A stretch of 64,000 nt of DNA from positions 352,001 through 416,000 of the forward strand of contig MTLY02000002.1 in the NCBI GenBank assembly GCA_002011035.2, given 5' to 3'. Source of the stretch: Candidatus Hecatella orcuttiae (lineage in GTDB: Archaea > Thermoproteota > Bathyarchaeia > Hecatellales > Hecatellaceae). Under the pieces are notes generated by a model. It was not told where the DNA came from, ran no database searches, and saw nothing but the letters and a program-made list of their open reading frames with translations. The position numbers were made by a program, and so were the translations under genes. Every line of letters begins with the position of its first letter. Position 1 is the first letter of the stretch. Shown here piece after piece: positions 26,574 through 37,082 of this stretch.

Positions 26574-27110
26574 TTGGAGGAAGGAAGGGTTAAACGTAAA
26601 CTTCTCCTCCCCAACCTAAGGTCGAAGCTGAAGAAGCCTTTAGGCGAACTTTTGAAAGAAGCAGAAGCCAGCGTAGAAAAGAGGCTGCGGAAGAAGCTTG
26701 AACAACTCAAGCCCCCCAAACTGGTGGCCGTGGGGGACCAGACTTCCGCGGCGCTGGAGAGAATGGGAATCAAAGCCGACCTCTACATCGTGGACGGAAA
26801 GGTTGAAAGACGAAAAACCTCCGAGTTAAAGTTGTATCCCTCCAAGGTTTTGAGGGTCGAAAACCCAGCCGGTGTTTTGACGGAAGCAGCCTTGGTAGCT
26901 GTGAGGGAGGCCTTGGAGTCGGAGGAAGCGGGGGTTATCCTTGTCGAGGGGGAGGAAGACCTGCTGACCCTGCCAGCAATTTTATATGCTCCCAAGGAAT
27001 CTTTGGTTCTCTACGGGCAGCCCGGAGAAGGTGTGGTAGCGGTAAGGGTCACCGCTGAAAGGAAAAAATTCGCTGAAAAGATCATAAGCCGCATGGAAGA
27101 GGTTGAATAA
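26574..27110 (+). CDS. GTP-dependent dephospho-CoA kinase (DUF359)
   Basis: LKKPLG, VGD, IVDGK..R, VENPAG, VEGEEDLLTLP, YGQPGEG. Probable TTG start at 26574. Confidence 0.92.
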   Translation: MEEGRVKRKLLLPNLRSKLKKPLGELLKEAEASVEKRLRKKLEQLKPPKLVAVGDQTSAALERMGIKADLYIVDGKVERRKTSELKLYPSKVLRVENPAGVLTEAALVAVREALESEEAGVILVEGEEDLLTLPAILYAPKESLVLYGQPGEGVVAVRVTAERKKFAEKIISRMEEVE

Positions 27111-27315
27111 AAAATTGTCGGAAAGGGTAAGGAAACCTGAAAAAGGAGTTTGGAGCCGCTACGAAGTCGACTACCAGACGGGAAAAGTTACCTTCAAGAA
27201 TAAAAGATGCCCCCGCTGCAAGAAAACCATGGCCCGCCATGATAACCCATCCCGCTGGGCTTGCGGCGGCTGCGGATACATGGAATACATCAAAAAAGCA
27301 GCGGAAAAAACCTGA
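27103..27315 (+). CDS. rps27ae: 30S ribosomal protein S27ae (eS31)
   Basis: KRCPRC...MARH...RWACGGCGY zinc ribbon. Confidence 0.93.
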   Translation: MNKKLSERVRKPEKGVWSRYEVDYQTGKVTFKNKRCPRCKKTMARHDNPSRWACGGCGYMEYIKKAAEKT

Positions 27316-27320
27316 AACAG

Positions 27321-27677
27321 CTACTTTTTGGGCGCGGCGGCTTTCTTCGCTTTTTTCTCCTTCAGAAGTTTTTCCTTTTCGCTTTTGGGCAGTCCTCTCC
27401 AAGCAAAATATTTGGGAATTACTTGCTCCGCTTTTTCCGGAGAAAAATAGGCGTGGACTGTTCCCCGAGTTTTCCATGTGCGTGTCTTGGTCTCCATCTT
27501 GACGATGTGGACGAGGCTGGGGTCCGCGTTCAGCTTCCCGGCGAGTTTCTCCCGGACCTCCTTCCTGCTCGGCGTGGAGGACATGGTGTGAACGACTTCA
27601 AAGACAGCCTCCTTTCTACTGAGGAGAGGGTTTTCTTTTTCTTCGACGATGTTAACCTCAAACTTGGGGGAAGACAT
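27321..27677 (-). CDS. rps24e: 30S ribosomal protein S24e
   Basis: EEKENPLLSRKE, TPSRKEVREKLA. Confidence 0.93.
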   Translation of the reverse strand: MSSPKFEVNIVEEKENPLLSRKEAVFEVVHTMSSTPSRKEVREKLAGKLNADPSLVHIVKMETKTRTWKTRGTVHAYFSPEKAEQVIPKYFAWRGLPKSEKEKLLKEKKAKKAAAPKK

Positions 27678-27761
27678 TTCAACTACTCAGCCGGCGCTCA
27701 AGGTTTCTGGTAAAATAGGAGCCGAAGTTTATATAAACCAATCGCCCCGCCAGAGAAGCTT

Positions 27762-28325
27762 TCACAAATTTTTCTTCCTTGAGGCGGCCTTGATCTTCAA
27801 GGCTAGAGACCGCATATGGCGGGTGCTGGCGACGTAGGCTGCCAAAGCCATCTTGAGGGCATCGCCGGGAAGGAAGGGCAAGACCCCCACGGCCACAGCC
27901 CGCTTCAAGCTGAAATCCAGGTAGAAAGAAAGCTGAACAGCTCCCAAGCTGTAGATGATGGCCGTTCCCAGCAACATGGAAAGGAAGACGTAGACGAAGC
28001 GTCTCTCCCCCTTTAACTCCGTCAATTTTCCGATGACATAGGCTCCCAGAACGAATCCTGCTAGGTATCCGCCTGTAGGGCCGAGGAGGACGCCGAAGCC
28101 AGCCATGCCTCCCGCGAACACCGGGAACCCAACGCCGCCTAAGCCTATGTAGACCAGCTGACTGAGGGCAGCTAAACGGCCGCCTAACACGGCGCCGGCT
28201 AGATAGACGAAGAAGGTCTGGAGCGTGATGGGCACAAGGTAGAGGGGGATGGAAATATACGCGCCTATGGCGGTGAGGGCGGCGAAGAGGGCGGCGAGGG
28301 TAATTTCGAAAGGCTTCATCCTCAT
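27762..28325 (-). CDS. bioY: Biotin transporter BioY
   Basis: VPITLQTF, PVFAGG, GPTGGYLAGF, PFLPGDALK. Confidence 0.95.
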   Translation of the reverse strand: MRMKPFEITLAALFAALTAIGAYISIPLYLVPITLQTFFVYLAGAVLGGRLAALSQLVYIGLGGVGFPVFAGGMAGFGVLLGPTGGYLAGFVLGAYVIGKLTELKGERRFVYVFLSMLLGTAIIYSLGAVQLSFYLDFSLKRAVAVGVLPFLPGDALKMALAAYVASTRHMRSLALKIKAASRKKNL

Positions 28326-28370
28326 GGTTTTTCTCAGGTTCTAAAATGTAAACTTAAACTTCTTATAAAG

Positions 28371-29390
28371 TTAACGATTCCTCAGCACCTTCACATCCCC
28401 GGCCAAAACCTGCCTCAGCGAGCCGTCTGCAAGCTTCAGAAGCAGCCCCCCCGTCCCATCCAAGTCCACGGCTTCCCCCTCCACGGCTTCTCCTTGAAAC
28501 TCAACCCTAACCCACCTGCCCAAGGTGTCTGAGAGTCTTTTCCACGCATTCAGGATGGCGGTGAAATCACGGCGGAGAAACAAGCGGTAAAGCTTCTCTT
28601 TCTCCTCTAGGAGCACTTGCACAAATGTTGTTCGGGAGATTTCCCTGCCAGCCTCGTCCTTCAGACATGTGGCAGCCTCTCTCAGCCTCGGATCCAAGGA
28701 CGCCGGGTTGACGTTGACGTTCACTCCCACCCCCACGATAACGTAGTTGATGAGGTCTGTTTCCGCGTTTATCTTGGTCAAGATCCCTGAAACCTTTCTT
28801 CCCTCTAACAGCACATCGTTAGGCCACTTGAGCTTTGCCTCCAGATGACAGACCCTCCAAATGGCGCGGGCGACAGCCACCGCTGCCATGAGACTGAGAA
28901 TGGGCGCATATCGGGGATGAATCTTCGGCCGGAGGATGATGGACAGCCATACACCGCCTTGGGGGGAAAGCCACATCCTTCCCATTCGGCCTTTTCCTCG
29001 CTTCTGGGTTTCAGCAACCACCACAAGGCCTTCTTCCCCGCCGGCTTGAGCCAGTTCTTCAGCTTTATCCATGGTGGAATCCAGCTCATCGAAGCGGTGG
29101 ACGCTGTGGCCTATGAGGCTTCTACCCCGTTGAGCTTGAATCTCCCATGGGAAGAGAACGTCGGGGACACCCAGCAGACGGTAGCCCAGCTTGGGCTTAG
29201 ATTCGATGGTGTAACCGTCTTTGCGGAGGGCTTGAATCTGCTTCCACACAGCCGCCCTAGTAACCTTCAGCTCCGCGCTCAGCTTTTCACCGGATACGAA
29301 CTTTCCGTCTTTCTCCTTGAGGCTTTTCAGAACAAGTTCTTTCGCGTTTAAGGCCACCGACGCTTCTCCCAAGATATTTCTCTGATTCAA
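28371..29390 (-). CDS. birA: Bifunctional biotin--protein ligase/repressor
   Basis: N-terminal HTH SGEKLS..L.VTRAAVWK, Q..GKGRMGR.W.SP, LKWPND, KVSGIL. Confidence 0.95.
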   Translation of the reverse strand: MNQRNILGEASVALNAKELVLKSLKEKDGKFVSGEKLSAELKVTRAAVWKQIQALRKDGYTIESKPKLGYRLLGVPDVLFPWEIQAQRGRSLIGHSVHRFDELDSTMDKAEELAQAGGEEGLVVVAETQKRGKGRMGRMWLSPQGGVWLSIILRPKIHPRYAPILSLMAAVAVARAIWRVCHLEAKLKWPNDVLLEGRKVSGILTKINAETDLINYVIVGVGVNVNVNPASLDPRLREAATCLKDEAGREISRTTFVQVLLEEKEKLYRLFLRRDFTAILNAWKRLSDTLGRWVRVEFQGEAVEGEAVDLDGTGGLLLKLADGSLRQVLAGDVKVLRNR

Positions 29391-29443
29391 GGGAATAAAA
29401 ACGCGCAGTGCGGGCTTCAGCTTTAGACTTCAGCTTCCCCCGC

Positions 29444-30211
29444 TCAACTGTAATGTTCGTGGTAAGGCCTGCGGGCTGCTGGGATCAGCTTAGTGAAGCC
29501 GTCTTTCAGAATTCTGTCAGTATCGTAACCGAAGTGTCTAGAAAATTTTTCCACCAGTTCCCGGAGCAGCCTTAGGTCTTCTCCATTCATCTCAACAGAA
29601 CGGACGTGATTGTTCAAACCTGAAATTTCCCCTCTAAGATATATGGTTCCCCCGTGCATTCCTGTGCCTAGGAAGTTCGCCTTCCCTTCCCTTTCCCCGC
29701 TCCCGTTCAGCCTCAAGAGGACGATGACGCCTCCCGCCATGTACTCGCCTAGGAAGTCCCCCGCGTTCCCGCCTACCACAAGAACGGGTTTCCTTTCCTG
29801 AAAGCCTTTCATATGAATGGCAGCTCTGTAGCCTACGCAGCCGCGGATGAAGATCCGTCCGCCCCTCATGGCATAGCCTACGATGTCGCCTGCGTGGCCA
29901 TGCACCACAACCTCGCCGCCGGCCATGGTATTGCCGCAGCCGTCCTCTACGTTGCCGTAAACGGTTATCCTTGAGCCTCCCATGAAGGAAGCTAGGTCTC
30001 CGCCAGGTGTGCCGTGGATTTCAACCTCTACACCGTGGCTTAACCCTGCTCCAATGTACCTCTGCCCGTGAACGTTGAGGATCCGAAGCTTCTTCGCGCC
30101 TTCGAAAACAGCTTTCTTGATAAGCCCGTTTAGGACCCTGTGGTGGAGGCCTTGGGCGTCGATGACAGCCGTAGTCTCCTCAACTTTCATCTTTTCATGT
30201 TCCACCATCAA
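29444..30211 (-). CDS. Glutamate synthase alpha subunit domain 3 (GXGXG)
   Basis: GQRYIG, repeated G..M.GG motifs, GDFLGEYMAGG. Confidence 0.9.
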   Translation of the reverse strand: MMVEHEKMKVEETTAVIDAQGLHHRVLNGLIKKAVFEGAKKLRILNVHGQRYIGAGLSHGVEVEIHGTPGGDLASFMGGSRITVYGNVEDGCGNTMAGGEVVVHGHAGDIVGYAMRGGRIFIRGCVGYRAAIHMKGFQERKPVLVVGGNAGDFLGEYMAGGVIVLLRLNGSGEREGKANFLGTGMHGGTIYLRGEISGLNNHVRSVEMNGEDLRLLRELVEKFSRHFGYDTDRILKDGFTKLIPAARRPYHEHYS

Positions 30212-30235
30212 CCACGTTCCTCCTAGCGGTGGAAA

Positions 30236-31750
30236 CTACTCTCCAGCCATCTTCACCCCTAAAACTTTCAACTCACCCTCCGTCAGCCCTACGCCGCGGA
30301 GGTGAAGCCTGTTTCCCCTCAAGCTTTCAACAGAGTTCATTCCCATACCCCCCAGCATCATTTTGATTTCAAGACTCCACGCTTGGAGCAAGTTTATCAG
30401 CCTTCGGGAGGCTGTGTCCGGGCTGAGCCTTTTCGAAATCTCCAGATCGGTTGTGGCTATGCCCCATGGACACTTACCCGTGTAGCATTTTTGGCAGAGG
30501 CTGCAGCCCATGGCCACTAAGGCAGCTGTGCCTATGTAGACGGCGTCAGCGCCCAAGGCTATTGCCTTCACCACATCAGCGCTGTTTCTAATTCCCCCTC
30601 CCACGATGATCGAGGCGCGGTTACGGATTCCCTCATCCCTTAGACGCTGGTCCACCGCCGCCAACGCCAGCTCTAAAGGTATGCCCACATTGTCCCTCAC
30701 AACTAGAGGCGCGGCTCCTGTAGCTCCCCTCATGCCGTCTATCACCACAGCGTCGGCTCCCGCCCTCACGATTCCACTGGCGATGGCCGCTGAATTATGA
30801 ACCGCCGCTATCTTCACGAAAACCGGCTTCACGTAGTCGGTGGCCTCTTTCAACGCGTAGATAAGCTGCCGGAGGTCTTCGATGGAGTAAATGTCGTGGT
30901 GGGGAGCCGGTGAAAGGGCGTCGGTGCCTTCGGGGATCATGCGGGTTTCAGAGACTTCCCGGGTAACCTTCTCCCCTGGAAGATGGCCGCCGATACCCGG
31001 CTTGGCGCCCTGACCGATCTTAACCTCTATGCCCGCTGCGGCGTTGAGGTAGTCGATGTGCACTCCGAACCTTGCGGAGGCCACCTGAACTATGCAGCGC
31101 CCCCCATACGGGTACAGCCTCTTGTGGAGGCCCCCTTCCCCTGCGTTGAATAGGGTTCTGAACTCCAAAGCAGCCTGTGCCAGAGCCTCTTGCGCCTCTA
31201 AGCTGATGGCCCCGTAGGACATGGCTGCGAAGAGGATGGGAGTCTCCAAGGTCAACTGAGGGGCGATGGCTGTTTCTAGCACAGGCCCATCGCCGCTGTC
31301 GCAGACTTCCAAGCGGTCAGGTTTACTTCCCAAGTAGGTGCGCAGCTCCACAGGCTCTCTCAGGGGGTCGATGGAAGGATTGGTCACCTGACTGGCGTTT
31401 AGAAGGAGTTTATCCCAGTAGACGGGCATGGAAGTGTCGCAGCCCATTCCTGCGAGAAGGATTCCCCCCTTCTCCGCTTGGCTGACCGTCGCCCGTATGG
31501 TCTTCTCCGCCCAGTAGAAGTTCTCCCGGTAGGCGGTGGGGTTCTTCACCACAGCTATGGCTTGAACGGGGCAGAATATTACGCATCGGTGGCAGTTAAC
31601 GCATTTTTCGCTTCTAACACTGAGCCCTCTGCTCTCTCTGTTGTGAGAGAACACGCCGTAGGTGCATTGGACTACACAGGCTAGACAGAGAGTACAGCGG
31701 TCTCCGTCCACCTGCACCAAGTATTCAGAAAGCAGGTAGCTTTTCATCAA
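30236..31750 (-). CDS. gltB: Glutamate synthase FMN-binding subunit with N-terminal ferredoxin
   Basis: Two CxxCxxCxxxC motifs, AMSYGA, GEGG, QVASARFG, KIGQGAKPG.GGHLPGEKV, HHDIYSIEDL. Confidence 0.95.
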   Translation of the reverse strand: MMKSYLLSEYLVQVDGDRCTLCLACVVQCTYGVFSHNRESRGLSVRSEKCVNCHRCVIFCPVQAIAVVKNPTAYRENFYWAEKTIRATVSQAEKGGILLAGMGCDTSMPVYWDKLLLNASQVTNPSIDPLREPVELRTYLGSKPDRLEVCDSGDGPVLETAIAPQLTLETPILFAAMSYGAISLEAQEALAQAALEFRTLFNAGEGGLHKRLYPYGGRCIVQVASARFGVHIDYLNAAAGIEVKIGQGAKPGIGGHLPGEKVTREVSETRMIPEGTDALSPAPHHDIYSIEDLRQLIYALKEATDYVKPVFVKIAAVHNSAAIASGIVRAGADAVVIDGMRGATGAAPLVVRDNVGIPLELALAAVDQRLRDEGIRNRASIIVGGGIRNSADVVKAIALGADAVYIGTAALVAMGCSLCQKCYTGKCPWGIATTDLEISKRLSPDTASRRLINLLQAWSLEIKMMLGGMGMNSVESLRGNRLHLRGVGLTEGELKVLGVKMAGE

Positions 31751-32877
31751 ACCTCACTGGAAGCCAGAAGTTTTTCAACTGCCTGAGCCCTCAGCCTGCC
31801 CACAACCAACTCGCCTCCTTTGGGACGCCAGCATCTCTCCACACTCGGACAAACCAAGCGGATGGCTGCCTCTTCGGAGGACATGTAAATCAGGTCATCC
31901 TTAACGCCGACGCAGAGAGGCCGCAATTTTATCCGGTCAGTCAGCCCCACCATTTCACCGCGGCTTGTAAATATCACCGTGAAAGGTCCGTTCATCAGCA
32001 AGCTTCCATACACTTGACGGAGCGCTGTGTACAGTTCCTTTTCTTTTCTCTCCATCCTGTCGATTTCAAACCAGAAGGGTGGTGCAAAGACCTTGGAAAC
32101 AACTTCAAGAGGCAGACCATGGACACGCCTCAGAAGGTCTAAAGCGTAAACCAGAACCTCGGTATCGGTGTGCATGGTGCAAAGGTAACGGTACATTTCT
32201 AGGTAGCGGCGGTTGGTGCCATAGGATGAAATTTCACCATTGTGGACCACAGCCCAGTCGAGGACACTGAAAGGCTGAGCGCCGCCCCACCAGCCGGGCG
32301 TGTTGGTGGGGAACCTCCCATGAGCCGTCCACATGTAGCCCTCATACTCTTCCAAGCAGAAGTATTCAGCGGCATCCTCAGGGTAGCCGACGCCTTTGAA
32401 GACACCCATATCCCGTCCGCTGGAAAACACGAAAGCACCCTCAATGGCATTGTTGACTGTCATTACCTTTTCCAACACGTAGTCATCCCAGGAAGAACGT
32501 CCACAGCCTTTCTTCGGTTGCAGAAAGTACCGCCACAGCAAGGGCGGGTTTGAGAGTTGAATGTTGTTGTTCGTGGGGATTTCCTCGGTGAGATGGAGGT
32601 TGAAGTGCTTGGCCAGAAATTCTTCAGTTCGCCTCTTCGCCGTCGTGTTTTCATACATCAGGTGGAAGGCATAGTAATCCCTGTAGTCGGGGTAAAGCCC
32701 GTAGACGGCGAAGCCTCCTCCCAAGCCGTTGCCCCGCTCCCGCATGTTGGCCATGGCTCTGATGATGTCTTTTCCGTCGAATCTTCTTCCACCGCGGTCC
32801 ATAACCCCGAAGAGAGAGCAGGCCTCCACCACCTTAGAATCTCGGTAGGGGTTGTTTGCGCAGCCTAGGTTCTCCAT
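31747..32877 (-). CDS. Glutamate synthase glutamine amidotransferase (class II) subunit
   Basis: AC motif, ERGNGLGGG, HGRFPTNT, VVHNGEISSY, TDTEV, DRIKLRP. Confidence 0.93.
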   Translation of the reverse strand: MENLGCANNPYRDSKVVEACSLFGVMDRGGRRFDGKDIIRAMANMRERGNGLGGGFAVYGLYPDYRDYYAFHLMYENTTAKRRTEEFLAKHFNLHLTEEIPTNNNIQLSNPPLLWRYFLQPKKGCGRSSWDDYVLEKVMTVNNAIEGAFVFSSGRDMGVFKGVGYPEDAAEYFCLEEYEGYMWTAHGRFPTNTPGWWGGAQPFSVLDWAVVHNGEISSYGTNRRYLEMYRYLCTMHTDTEVLVYALDLLRRVHGLPLEVVSKVFAPPFWFEIDRMERKEKELYTALRQVYGSLLMNGPFTVIFTSRGEMVGLTDRIKLRPLCVGVKDDLIYMSSEEAAIRLVCPSVERCWRPKGGELVVGRLRAQAVEKLLASSEV

Positions 32878-32962
32878 TCAGTTCACCGGCATCGGGGCTT
32901 TTGTTGCCTTTAAAAGGCAGTAGAAAAGTTTATAACCATTTCCTAAATTATATGTCATAAAC

Positions 32963-33562
32963 ATGTCAGAAAAATACTTAAAACTGAGAAAACTTGACAG
33001 CCAAGAAAGGCAAATAGTACGATGCCTCATCAAAAACCCCCGCCTCTCCGACAACGCCATAGGCAGACTGACAGACATACCCATCCGAACGGTGAACAGA
33101 AAGAGAAAAGAACTGGAGGAAGAAGGCCTACTCAGCTACTACACTTACCTCAACATAGGGCCTGATGGGCTTAAAGAATTCGGCGCAAGACACCTTTACC
33201 TCATCAAATTCAAGCTAGGCATTACTCAAGACCAGATCATCAAAGAAATCAAAGAAGAGCCCAATGTTCGAACCGTCTTCACCGACCTCATCTACGAATC
33301 CCACATAGCTGAAATCGACGGCCACACAGCCCTCATCATGATCATCGAAGGCCAAACAGACGACGACATCAACAACGGCTTCAACGGAAAGATTCTGCCC
33401 TCGTTGGAAAAGAACCATGGGAAAGGATGCGTCGAACAGGTTTCAACCATAAGGCTCAGCAAACCCATCCGAATCTTCCACAACTACCTTCCAATGGTAA
33501 ACATGGAGAAAGGCTTCATCAAAAGAAACTGGGCTGACGACGCCATCTTTGTCATCCCATAA
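32963..33562 (+). CDS. Lrp/AsnC-like transcriptional regulator, divergent from the glt operon
   Basis: LD..ERQI...LIKNPRLSDNAIG...TVNRKRKELEEEG HTH. Confidence 0.85.
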   Translation: MSEKYLKLRKLDSQERQIVRCLIKNPRLSDNAIGRLTDIPIRTVNRKRKELEEEGLLSYYTYLNIGPDGLKEFGARHLYLIKFKLGITQDQIIKEIKEEPNVRTVFTDLIYESHIAEIDGHTALIMIIEGQTDDDINNGFNGKILPSLEKNHGKGCVEQVSTIRLSKPIRIFHNYLPMVNMEKGFIKRNWADDAIFVIP

Positions 33563-33583
33563 CTCTATCTGAACAATCAGCTA

Positions 33584-34582
33584 CTACTTCAAGCCAAGTT
33601 TGTCTAAGACTTCAGGGTTGACCACAGCTTCCTTTGGAGGTGCTTCGCCTCTGAAAACTTTCAAGACGTTTTCAGCAGAGTATTCGTAAAGTTTCTCCGT
33701 TGACCTTCTCGCACTGTCTCCGATGTGAGGTGTCACCACCACATTTTCCAGCTGGAATAAGGGATTATCTGGTTTCGCCGGCTCCTCCTCGAAAACATCC
33801 AACCCTGCACCGGCGATACGTCCTTCTTTCAACGCCTTGTAGAGAGCTTTTTCATCTATTATAGCCCCTCTGGCCGTGTTGACGATGTAGGCTGTGGGCT
33901 TCATTTTTTTAAATTGGTCTTCGCCGATGAGATGCTTTGTCTCTTGGGTAAGCAAGGCGTGGATGGTGATGACTTCCGCCTCCTTGACCAAGGTTTCAAG
34001 GTCTACCAAGGATGCGCCGACCTCCGCAGCGCTTTCCTTTGAGACATAGGGGTCGTAGGCCAGAATCCTAACATCGAACCCGCGAAGTTTCTTAGCCACA
34101 AGTCTTCCTATGCTTCCCAGCCCGATGATTCCCACGGTGCATTCGGAAAGCTCATCCCCCACCAGCTTACCGCCCCTCCAACCTCCAGCTTTGAGGTGAG
34201 CCATGGCCAGAGGAACCTTTCTCATAACCGAAAACATCAATGCTAAAGCATGTTCAGCCACAGCGTTCGCGTTCACTCCCGGAGCACGGACAACTAAAAC
34301 ATTTCTTTGAGTGGCTGTTTTGACATCGATGTTGTCGATTCCAGCGCCGCACTTAGATACAACCTTGAGATTAGGAGACGATTCGATGATTCTTTTAGTG
34401 ACTCTATCCCGAGCTTTAACGATGATGGCGTCGACGTCCTTAGCTTCCTCTATAAACTCCTCCTCAGTGTAGGGGCGTTCAAGGCCTACCTTGATCTCCG
34501 CATATCCTCCCAGAACCTTTTCTAAAGCTCTGTCCCCAGGCGGGAGGACTTCTGGGACAAGGACTTTAAACTTTCTTTCCAA
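33584..34582 (-). CDS. D-isomer-specific 2-hydroxyacid dehydrogenase (SerA-like)
   Basis: GAGIDNID, AVAEH, GIIGLGSIG, VNTARG, LDVFEEEP, TPHIG. Confidence 0.93.
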   Translation of the reverse strand: MERKFKVLVPEVLPPGDRALEKVLGGYAEIKVGLERPYTEEEFIEEAKDVDAIIVKARDRVTKRIIESSPNLKVVSKCGAGIDNIDVKTATQRNVLVVRAPGVNANAVAEHALALMFSVMRKVPLAMAHLKAGGWRGGKLVGDELSECTVGIIGLGSIGRLVAKKLRGFDVRILAYDPYVSKESAAEVGASLVDLETLVKEAEVITIHALLTQETKHLIGEDQFKKMKPTAYIVNTARGAIIDEKALYKALKEGRIAGAGLDVFEEEPAKPDNPLFQLENVVVTPHIGDSARRSTEKLYEYSAENVLKVFRGEAPPKEAVVNPEVLDKLGLK

Positions 34583-34802
34583 CTAAACCACCCACAGCCC
34601 AGCATAATTCCTATTCTTCGGTGCTCATATAAAATTTAAGCCCCACGTTTCGCATGGATTCATCTGGCCTCTAAACACTTCGATGTATTTTCCTGTTTTC
34701 CATCATGAATAATAAACCGGAATTAATGGCTAACCAGTTCTTGCGGTTGCAAGTTAAAACCTTTAAATTCCCCGCTGTTTTTAAATACACGAAGACAGAG
34801 TT

Positions 34803-36074
34803 ATGGATGTTGTTCTTGTCAATCCTCCTGTTGAAGTTTCTCGAGAGTTAGAGGTTACTTCCGCCAGCTATGGCTTAGCCAATATGCCTCCTCTAGGCCT
34901 CCTCTATCTTGCCTCTTCACTGAAAGCAAGCGGCTTCCAGGTTAAAGTTGTTGACTGTAATGCGCGTTTACATCTCATAAGGAGCGCAGAGGAGGCTGCA
35001 AAGATAGTCACAGCCGAAAAGCCTTCCGTGATCGGGATTTCGGCTACAACTCCTCAGCTGAGAGGTGCGGTTCGACTTGCTAAAGCCTCCAAGCTAACCC
35101 TTGGAAAAGATGTTACCATAGTTTTAGGCGGAAGTCACGTCACCTCCGAGCCCAATTTCATTAAAGCCTTCCCAGAAATAGACACTGGCTTCATAGGGGA
35201 GGGAGAAATATCTTTTCCGCTACTTGTTAAAAAAATCCTCAACGGGGAAAAGATTAAAGGCGAACATCATGGTATTGCACCTCAAAACCTCGACGCGTTG
35301 CCTTTTCCAGCTAGGGAGTTGATAAAAAAATCAGACTACTTTGAACATGGGAAAGAGTTCGCAAACATTTCAACATTGAGAGGCTGCCCCTACAATTGCG
35401 TATTTTGCAATGTTCCCGCCACAATGGGTCGAAAGCTCAGATTCCGATCAGCAGCCAACGTCGTGGATGAAATGGAAAAAGTCGGAAAAGAATATGACTG
35501 GCATTTTTATTTGGTGGACGATATTGCCACCATTTCAAGGAAGCACATGGCTGATCTATGCTCTGAAATCCTCAAAAGGAACCTAGACGTAGTTTGGGCT
35601 CTGCAGACAAGGGTGGACCTTGTCGACAGGCGGCTTTTACTCTCCATGTACGAAGCTGGATGTCGGTACATAAATTTCGGCGTAGAGTCAGGCTCTCAAA
35701 GAATACGTTACGATGTTATCGGTAAAAAGTTTAGCGATGAAGAGATTTTCAGAGTTTTTAGGCTTTGTAGAGAGATCGGCATCCGCACACTCTGCAGTCT
35801 TATGATAGGTCTTCCCACGGAAACCGTTGAAGATGTTGAAAAAACGGTTCAATTGGCAAAAAAGATCCCGGCTGATGCTGTTGAAATTTCGCTCACAGAG
35901 ATTTTTCCGGCCACTCCTTTATTCAGGGAGGCGGTGGAAAATAAAACCATCGAACCTAGTGTGTATGCGAGGATCGCCTCAGGTGATATTTCGCCTCCAA
36001 TTTACTATGTTCCAAAAGGCATGTCTCTCAGTCAGCTTCTAAATTACAAGAAAACCCTGACTGTTAAAAAATAA
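34803..36074 (+). CDS. Cobalamin-binding radical SAM protein
   Basis: PPLGLLYLA, LGGSH, GEGE, RGCPYNCVFC, GVESGS, GLPTET. Confidence 0.92.
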   Translation: MDVVLVNPPVEVSRELEVTSASYGLANMPPLGLLYLASSLKASGFQVKVVDCNARLHLIRSAEEAAKIVTAEKPSVIGISATTPQLRGAVRLAKASKLTLGKDVTIVLGGSHVTSEPNFIKAFPEIDTGFIGEGEISFPLLVKKILNGEKIKGEHHGIAPQNLDALPFPARELIKKSDYFEHGKEFANISTLRGCPYNCVFCNVPATMGRKLRFRSAANVVDEMEKVGKEYDWHFYLVDDIATISRKHMADLCSEILKRNLDVVWALQTRVDLVDRRLLLSMYEAGCRYINFGVESGSQRIRYDVIGKKFSDEEIFRVFRLCREIGIRTLCSLMIGLPTETVEDVEKTVQLAKKIPADAVEISLTEIFPATPLFREAVENKTIEPSVYARIASGDISPPIYYVPKGMSLSQLLNYKKTLTVKK

Positions 36075-36191
36075 TATTTTCACCTTGCCATATGCCATCA
36101 AATTTATATAAATGAAACAAATTACTATGGCTTACTAGTCTGGCGAAAATCTAAAGCTGTTGACAGCTATAATACATGTACTAGGTGCCTG

Positions 36192-37082
36192 TTGGTGATA
36201 GAGGCAGTCGGTTACACGCTCACAATAGGGATGCGACTTATTGTTGCAGGCATCATCATAGGTTCAGCTTATGCCCTTGGCGCCCTAGGTTTAACCCTGA
36301 TCTGGGGTGGGGCGAGAATAATCAACTACGCCCATGGGGAACTCGTCATGATAGGGGCTTATGTCTCATTCTGGCTTTTCACGGCCTTCAAAGTCCCGCC
36401 GCCCTTAGCAATTCCCTTTGCAGCAGGGGTGGCAGCGGTTATCGGCCTCGGGCTTTATCTCGGAACCATAGGGAGACTCACAAGAGCTCCTGAGGAGATG
36501 GAGAGCTATGGGTTGATTTTAACTTTCGCTTTGATGATACTTCTATCTAACTCCGTTGCTTGGATGTTCACTTCGGACATTCAGGTTTACAGGTGGATGA
36601 TGGTCCCCATAGACTTTTTCGCCGTATCAACACTTCTCAACCGTTTGATGATTCCTATAATATGCCTTCCCGTGGCAGGAATAGTATTGGCATTGATGAA
36701 TAAAACATGGTTTGGCAGAGGCATCTCTCTGGTAATCGACAACGATCAAGTTGCAGGTTTGGTGGGTGTGAACGTAAGAAATGCCTATTTCGGAATTCTA
36801 ACCATAGGAACAATCACTCCAGCCATTGCAGGTCTAGCTTGGAGCTTTAACTATCCCTTCAGTCCCTTCATAGGCATTGAACACGCCATACTAGCTTTTG
36901 TGGTGGTTATCCTAGGAGGCCTCGGAAGCCCCAAAGGAAGCATAGTTGGCGGTCTGCTGATAGGGATAATTGAAACAACTCTCGTTTACCTGATATCTCC
37001 GGGTTTAAGGCTGGCCATAGCCTACTCAATCTTTATACTGGTAATTCTGCTTAGACCTTCAGGATTATTTGGAAGAAAGTGA
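36192..37082 (+). CDS. livH: Branched-chain amino acid-type ABC permease
   Basis: YALGALGLTLIWG..IINYAHG, AFVVVILGGLGS. Confidence 0.9.
   Translation: MVIEAVGYTLTIGMRLIVAGIIIGSAYALGALGLTLIWGGARIINYAHGELVMIGAYVSFWLFTAFKVPPPLAIPFAAGVAAVIGLGLYLGTIGRLTRAPEEMESYGLILTFALMILLSNSVAWMFTSDIQVYRWMMVPIDFFAVSTLLNRLMIPIICLPVAGIVLALMNKTWFGRGISLVIDNDQVAGLVGVNVRNAYFGILTIGTITPAIAGLAWSFNYPFSPFIGIEHAILAFVVVILGGLGSPKGSIVGGLLIGIIETTLVYLISPGLRLAIAYSIFILVILLRPSGLFGRK

Noticed and set aside
29444-32877. Glutamate synthase split into three genes as pseudogenisation
   Set aside because: Separate GltB domain genes are the normal archaeal arrangement, and each ORF is intact.
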